Positions 57,064 to 60,996 of a stretch of 60,996 bases of DNA are shown piece by piece. Position 1 is the stretch's first letter; each line of letters starts with the position of its first letter. Source of the stretch: Kiritimatiellia bacterium. Its GTDB lineage: Bacteria > Verrucomicrobiota > Kiritimatiellia > RFP12 > UBA1067. The notes below the pieces were generated by a model that worked only from the letters and a program-made list of their open reading frames with translations, searched no databases and was not told where the DNA came from. The position numbers and the translations under genes were made by a program. The stretch is taken from positions 1 through 60,996 of the forward strand of contig JAFXXW010000007.1 in NCBI GenBank assembly GCA_017542055.1, read 5' to 3'.

Positions 57064-58173
57064 CCTTCCGCCGAACAGGATGCCGGCAAATTTAGGCAAG
57101 TAGCGTCTGAGCAGCAAGGTGATTGCAATCGCCCCGCCAAAACTGCCGGCAAGGCTAATAAACGCCGCCCGGATTTCCGGCACCGGGATATGCTTGAACG
57201 CGATGCCAAAATAGACAAGGAGCACGATATGAATAAGAAAAACAGGAAACGAGCACGCAGTCAGCCACTTGGGCCATTCGCTTGTAGGCGTGATGCTCCA
57301 AACCAGGTATAGCAAGCACGGAACTGCGAACTTGCCAAGCGCGATTTCGCCGCGATATCCTTTATAGGCAAAAAACAACTTGAGAACCAGCAAGCCCAAT
57401 CCGGCTATTCCGCACCAAAGCGCAACCTTCCGCCCTTCGATTTGCGGCTTGAACTTCTGAATAAATACGCCAAGTGAAAAGTAGACTATGCCGCCAGCCG
57501 AATATCCCATCCGGAAGAACTCGCGCCAATTCTCGGTCGGCAAGTGATTCTGTACGAGCGAAAACGCAAATGCCAGCCCCAACCACCAATACTTGAATCG
57601 CCCCACTCCCCATTTGAACAACCAGCCAGTCAGCACGAACAAAAAGAGACATCGTACATACCACAAGGGGACGTGGCCAGGAAATTCGGTCAAGTCCAGT
57701 CCCCAAAAACCAAGCGGATTGTGAGCTACGCAAATGTTGGTTCCAAACGGACGATGCGCAATCAAATCGGCGATAATGCTCAATGGCATAGTAGCAATCA
57801 ATGTTATGGCCGACCACAACACAAACGGCACCACCAATGATTTTATGCGTTTCGTGGTTTCGCGTCGCCACCAATCCTGCTCCTCGAAGTGTTGCGCAAG
57901 GAAGAAACCGGAGACAACGAAAAAGAACGGCACGGCAATCCGCGCAATTCCCTCTTCCATAAATTCCTGCATAAACCAACCAAGCGACAGCGCTTGCTCG
58001 GCCGGCCATGAGATATGTATCACGACCACCAAGAACGCGCATATAAGACTCATGTTCTTGATCTTCTGACTGGACTCTGCGGAAATCTGCATCTGGCACC
58101 TGACATTCTCGCGCGTGGTTATCGCCCAACCGAATGCCGGGTGCATAAAAAGAGCGCATTTCAATCCATGCAC
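57061..58173 (-). CDS. Acyltransferase family 3 membrane protein (O-acetyltransferase of surface glycans type)
   Basis: About 10 TMs, early LICAFLVVVIHI segment and FFFVVSGFFL motif typical of acyltransferase_3. The start may instead be MQISAESS at 58092. AT-rich codon usage. Confidence 0.65.
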   Translation of the reverse strand: MHGLKCALFMHPAFGWAITTRENVRCQMQISAESSQKIKNMSLICAFLVVVIHISWPAEQALSLGWFMQEFMEEGIARIAVPFFFVVSGFFLAQHFEEQDWWRRETTKRIKSLVVPFVLWSAITLIATMPLSIIADLIAHRPFGTNICVAHNPLGFWGLDLTEFPGHVPLWYVRCLFLFVLTGWLFKWGVGRFKYWWLGLAFAFSLVQNHLPTENWREFFRMGYSAGGIVYFSLGVFIQKFKPQIEGRKVALWCGIAGLGLLVLKLFFAYKGYRGEIALGKFAVPCLLYLVWSITPTSEWPKWLTACSFPVFLIHIVLLVYFGIAFKHIPVPEIRAAFISLAGSFGGAIAITLLLRRYLPKFAGILFGGR

Positions 58174-58382
58174 TCCCTCGATGCCCTACCACAGGCCCAA
58201 TACGAATACACGAAGAAAAAATGCGCCCAGAATAGACGCATCTTCACTTGCACATCGCTCGTATTTTTGAAATAGTGGTAGTATTTCGAGGGAACGACTT
58301 GTTAGCGTTGATGCTAAAATCGATGTGATGCGGAAGAACGTGTCTACCCGCCCATCCTTAAGGATTTCTCCCCTAAGAACAC

Positions 58383-58495
58383 TGATATTATATCATATTT
58401 TGCCCCTCCCCGTCAAGCGGAAAGTGCGAAAAATCCCCGACTCCGAGACTCCCAACAGCGAAAGCAACTCCCCTCCCCGTCAAGCGGAAAGCGGG
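58383..58495 (-). promoter_or_regulatory. Conserved promoter module, copy C (TTGACG-18nt-TGATATAAT plus upstream tract and second CCGTCAAGCGG box)
   Basis: Reverse strand: TTGACG (58416-58411), TGATATAAT (58395-58387). CCGTCAAGCGG at 58410-58420 and 58477-58487 (67 bp apart). The intervening tract is related to copies A and B. Confidence 0.6.
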
Positions 58496-58504
58496 GGAAT
58501 GGAT

Positions 58505-58978
58505 TCAAGCGGGGAGGGAGGACAGCTGGCGGTAGCACTCGTAGGCGGCGATGGAGACCGCGTTGGCGAGATTGATGCTGCGGGCGTGTTCGCCCGGCAT
58601 GGGGATGCGGAAGAGCTGCTCCGAGTAGCGATCGTAAAAGTCCTTGGGCAGACCGGAAGACTCGTTGCCGAAGACGAGCGCGTCGCCCGGCTCGAACCGG
58701 CAGTCGTAGAGCGACTTTTGGCCGTGCGTGGAGAGAAAATGGAGTCGCTTAGGTTTGGCCGCAGCGAGGTAATCGTCCCACGAGTCGTGGAGATGCCAGT
58801 CAAGATGCGCCCAGTAGTCCAGTCCCGCGCGGGCGATAGACTTGTCGTCGAGATGGAAACCGAGCGGTCTCACCAGATGGAGCGGCACGCCCAGACCCAC
58901 GCAGAGGCGACCGATTGCTCCCGTGTTGTGCGGGATTTCGGGTCGCAACAGGACAATGGAGAAACCGGCTACTTGCAT
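58505..58978 (-). CDS. trmL: tRNA (cytidine/uridine-2'-O-)-methyltransferase TrmL (SpoU family)
   Basis: ORF 58505..60169 trimmed to MQVAGFSIVLLRPEIPHNTGAIGR. VFGNESSGLP and SINLANAVSIAAYE SPOUT motifs. Confidence 0.85.
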   Translation of the reverse strand: MQVAGFSIVLLRPEIPHNTGAIGRLCVGLGVPLHLVRPLGFHLDDKSIARAGLDYWAHLDWHLHDSWDDYLAAAKPKRLHFLSTHGQKSLYDCRFEPGDALVFGNESSGLPKDFYDRYSEQLFRIPMPGEHARSINLANAVSIAAYECYRQLSSLPA

Positions 58979-60312
58979 TTGCGCAACATCGAGGCGAAGA
59001 CCGTTAACGCCAACAGCGGCTGGTAATAGAGACTGGAGAGCAACGACACGGTGTCGATCGACATGTCGAGACCCTTGGCCACGCCCATCGCGATGAGAAT
59101 TTGCGCACCATAGGGGATGAGGCCCTGCACCACGCAAGAGGCGGTATCGAGCACCGAGGCGATGCGGACGGGCGCCGCACCGAATTTTTCCGCGCACTCC
59201 TTGGCGATGGGTCCGGCGATCACAATGGCGACAGTGTTGTTGGCGGTGAAGCAATTGATGGCCGAGACGAGGAGAAACACGCCCAATTCGCAAGTGCGCG
59301 GTCCCCGGATGGCTTTGGAAATCTTGTCCGTGAGCCACCTTATGCCGCCATTGGCCTGGACGGACTTGAACAGACCGCCGGCCAGGAGCGCGACGATCAG
59401 CGTTTCGCCCATGCCGAGCGTCCCCTTGCCCAAGAGGTCCATGATGTCGAAGAACGCGAGCCGACCCAGCACGCCACCGATGATCGCCGCCAGCACCGTG
59501 CCCGAAAAGAGCAGCGCCATCACGTTGAAGCCCGCAAGCGCCAGCACGAACACGAAAACGTACGGCAAGACGAGCACCAGATGATGCCAGGCGAGCGCGG
59601 GAGTCTCCACCGACCCGGCCGTCGCGCCCGAAACCGCATAGAGAAAGAGCGCCACCAAGGCCGCCGGAGCCGCGATGCGTCCGTTGGCGATGAATTTGTC
59701 CTTCATCCGCACCCCTTGAGTTCGCGTGGCGGCGATGGTGGTGTCGGAAATCATGGACATGTTGTCGCCGAACATGGCCCCGCCGATCACCGCCCCCATG
59801 AGGAGCGCGGGGTCGAGCTTGAGCGGCGCGGCAAAGCCGAGCGCGATCGGGGTGACGGCCGCAATCGTGCCGCAGGAGGTGCCGATGGCCAGCGAAACGA
59901 GGCAGGAAACGAGAAACACGCCCGCCACCATCAGTCTCACCGGCACGAAGGTCCGGGCGATCGCGACGGCCGCGTCCACCGCCCCCGAACCCTTGGCGAT
60001 CGTCGCGAAAGTTCCCGCCAGGATGAAGATGAGGCACATGATCATGATGTTGGTTTCGCCCATGCCGCGCGCATAGGTTTCCACTTTCTCGTCGAGGGGT
60101 CGCCGTCCCGTCAGAAGCGACACGGCCGAAGCCACGAGAAACGCGATCGGCATCGAAACCTTGTACCAAGGCATCTCGTAGCCGAGGTGGGAGGCGAAGA
60201 GCGACAGCCCCACGTAAAACGCGGCGAACACCGCAAACGGCACGAGCGACAGGCCGCTAGGACGGGGCGCGGGTGGAGTCCGGTCGGTCGATTTTTTCAG
60301 GTCTTCCGTCAT
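58969..60312 (-). CDS. nhaC: Na+/H+ antiporter, NhaC family
   Basis: 447 aa, about 12 TMs, with NIMIMCLIFILAGTFA and GDNMSMISDTTIAATR segments typical of NhaC. Confidence 0.8.
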   Translation of the reverse strand: MTEDLKKSTDRTPPAPRPSGLSLVPFAVFAAFYVGLSLFASHLGYEMPWYKVSMPIAFLVASAVSLLTGRRPLDEKVETYARGMGETNIMIMCLIFILAGTFATIAKGSGAVDAAVAIARTFVPVRLMVAGVFLVSCLVSLAIGTSCGTIAAVTPIALGFAAPLKLDPALLMGAVIGGAMFGDNMSMISDTTIAATRTQGVRMKDKFIANGRIAAPAALVALFLYAVSGATAGSVETPALAWHHLVLVLPYVFVFVLALAGFNVMALLFSGTVLAAIIGGVLGRLAFFDIMDLLGKGTLGMGETLIVALLAGGLFKSVQANGGIRWLTDKISKAIRGPRTCELGVFLLVSAINCFTANNTVAIVIAGPIAKECAEKFGAAPVRIASVLDTASCVVQGLIPYGAQILIAMGVAKGLDMSIDTVSLLSSLYYQPLLALTVFASMLRKCK

Positions 60313-60321
60313 AACCTAAAT

Positions 60322-60351
60322 ATTATACCATATTCCGGCCCTTCCGGTCAA
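60322..60351 (-). promoter_or_regulatory. Promoter of nhaC-trmL (TTGACC-18nt-TGGTATAAT)
   Basis: Reverse strand: TTGACC (60351-60346), TGGTATAAT (60330-60322). 9 nt separate the -10 box and ATG 60312. It shares the CACTTTCCGCTTGAC upstream box with modules A-C. Confidence 0.65.
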
Positions 60352-60364
60352 GCGGAAAGTGCGG

Positions 60365-60401
60365 AAAAAAGGAAGAGGTCCGGGGGAAACCCGGGCCTCT
60401 T
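60365..60401 (-). terminator. Rho-independent terminator after gap
   Basis: Reverse strand AAGAGGCCCGGG-TTT-CCCCCGGACCTCTT followed by CCTTTTTT. Confidence 0.7.
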
Positions 60402-60430
60402 GCCTGATACGTTCTTTGGCAAGAACGCGC

Positions 60431-60996
<566 letters not shown>

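Overview
High-GC bacterial chromosome segment. I call 59 CDS, 1 frameshifted pseudogene and 1 tRNA. All but one gene (a lactate permease, 448-1833) lie on the minus strand. All calls come from reading the translations and DNA by eye; no homology search was run.

Core content, left to right:
- lactate permease, DegT-type aminotransferase, BatD-like protein, tonB-exbD-exbB, RNase HIII, kbl-tdh, galM
- MacB-type ABC permease and ATPase, HlyD adaptor and TolC, directly preceded by a reduced Tad-like set (cpaB, FHA-cpaF, one tadB/C)
- fhs, trpS, a methyltransferase, a family-5 solute-binding protein, a GldA/GldF-GldG/DUF4340-like ABC set, nifS
- ogt, a BASS transporter, a BaiN-like flavoprotein, tRNA-Pro(CGG)
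- pyrC, holA, lgt, ftsB, epmA, murG, pyrF, an aconitase-family protein, a split M16 peptidase, hisA, hisB, a MATE transporter, an LRR lipoprotein, tpiA, dCMP deaminase
- rplI-rpsR-ssb-rpsF-rplY, trmL, nhaC and a partial gap

Genome architecture:
- Genes are packed into very long same-strand arrays with about 25 start/stop overlaps (ATGA or TGATG type).
- About ten near-identical extended -10 promoters (TTGAC-N17/18-TGnTATAAT) are visible. Several sit only 6-10 nt from the start codon, which predicts leaderless mRNAs.

Most interesting parts are two visibly AT-richer accessory regions, 29.3-36.3 kb and 56.6-58.5 kb:
- Region 1 carries a plasmid/phage-like replication module: a DUF3987-type helicase flanked by several families of 22-23-bp phased repeats and an AT-rich tract.
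- Region 1 also carries a GtrA / FAD-oxidoreductase / GT-C glycan-modification cassette.
- Region 2 carries an acyltransferase-3 cassette.
- Both cassettes share one architecture: a conserved ~100-bp promoter module, a 200-300-nt untranslated leader, membrane glycan-modifying gene(s), and a 3' array of the same 22-bp repeat family.
- A third copy of the promoter module fires off the left window edge.
- An exactly 22-bp-phased array of seven GGTGWCACC sites lies next to cassette 2.

I could not assign these repeat/cassette structures to any described system.
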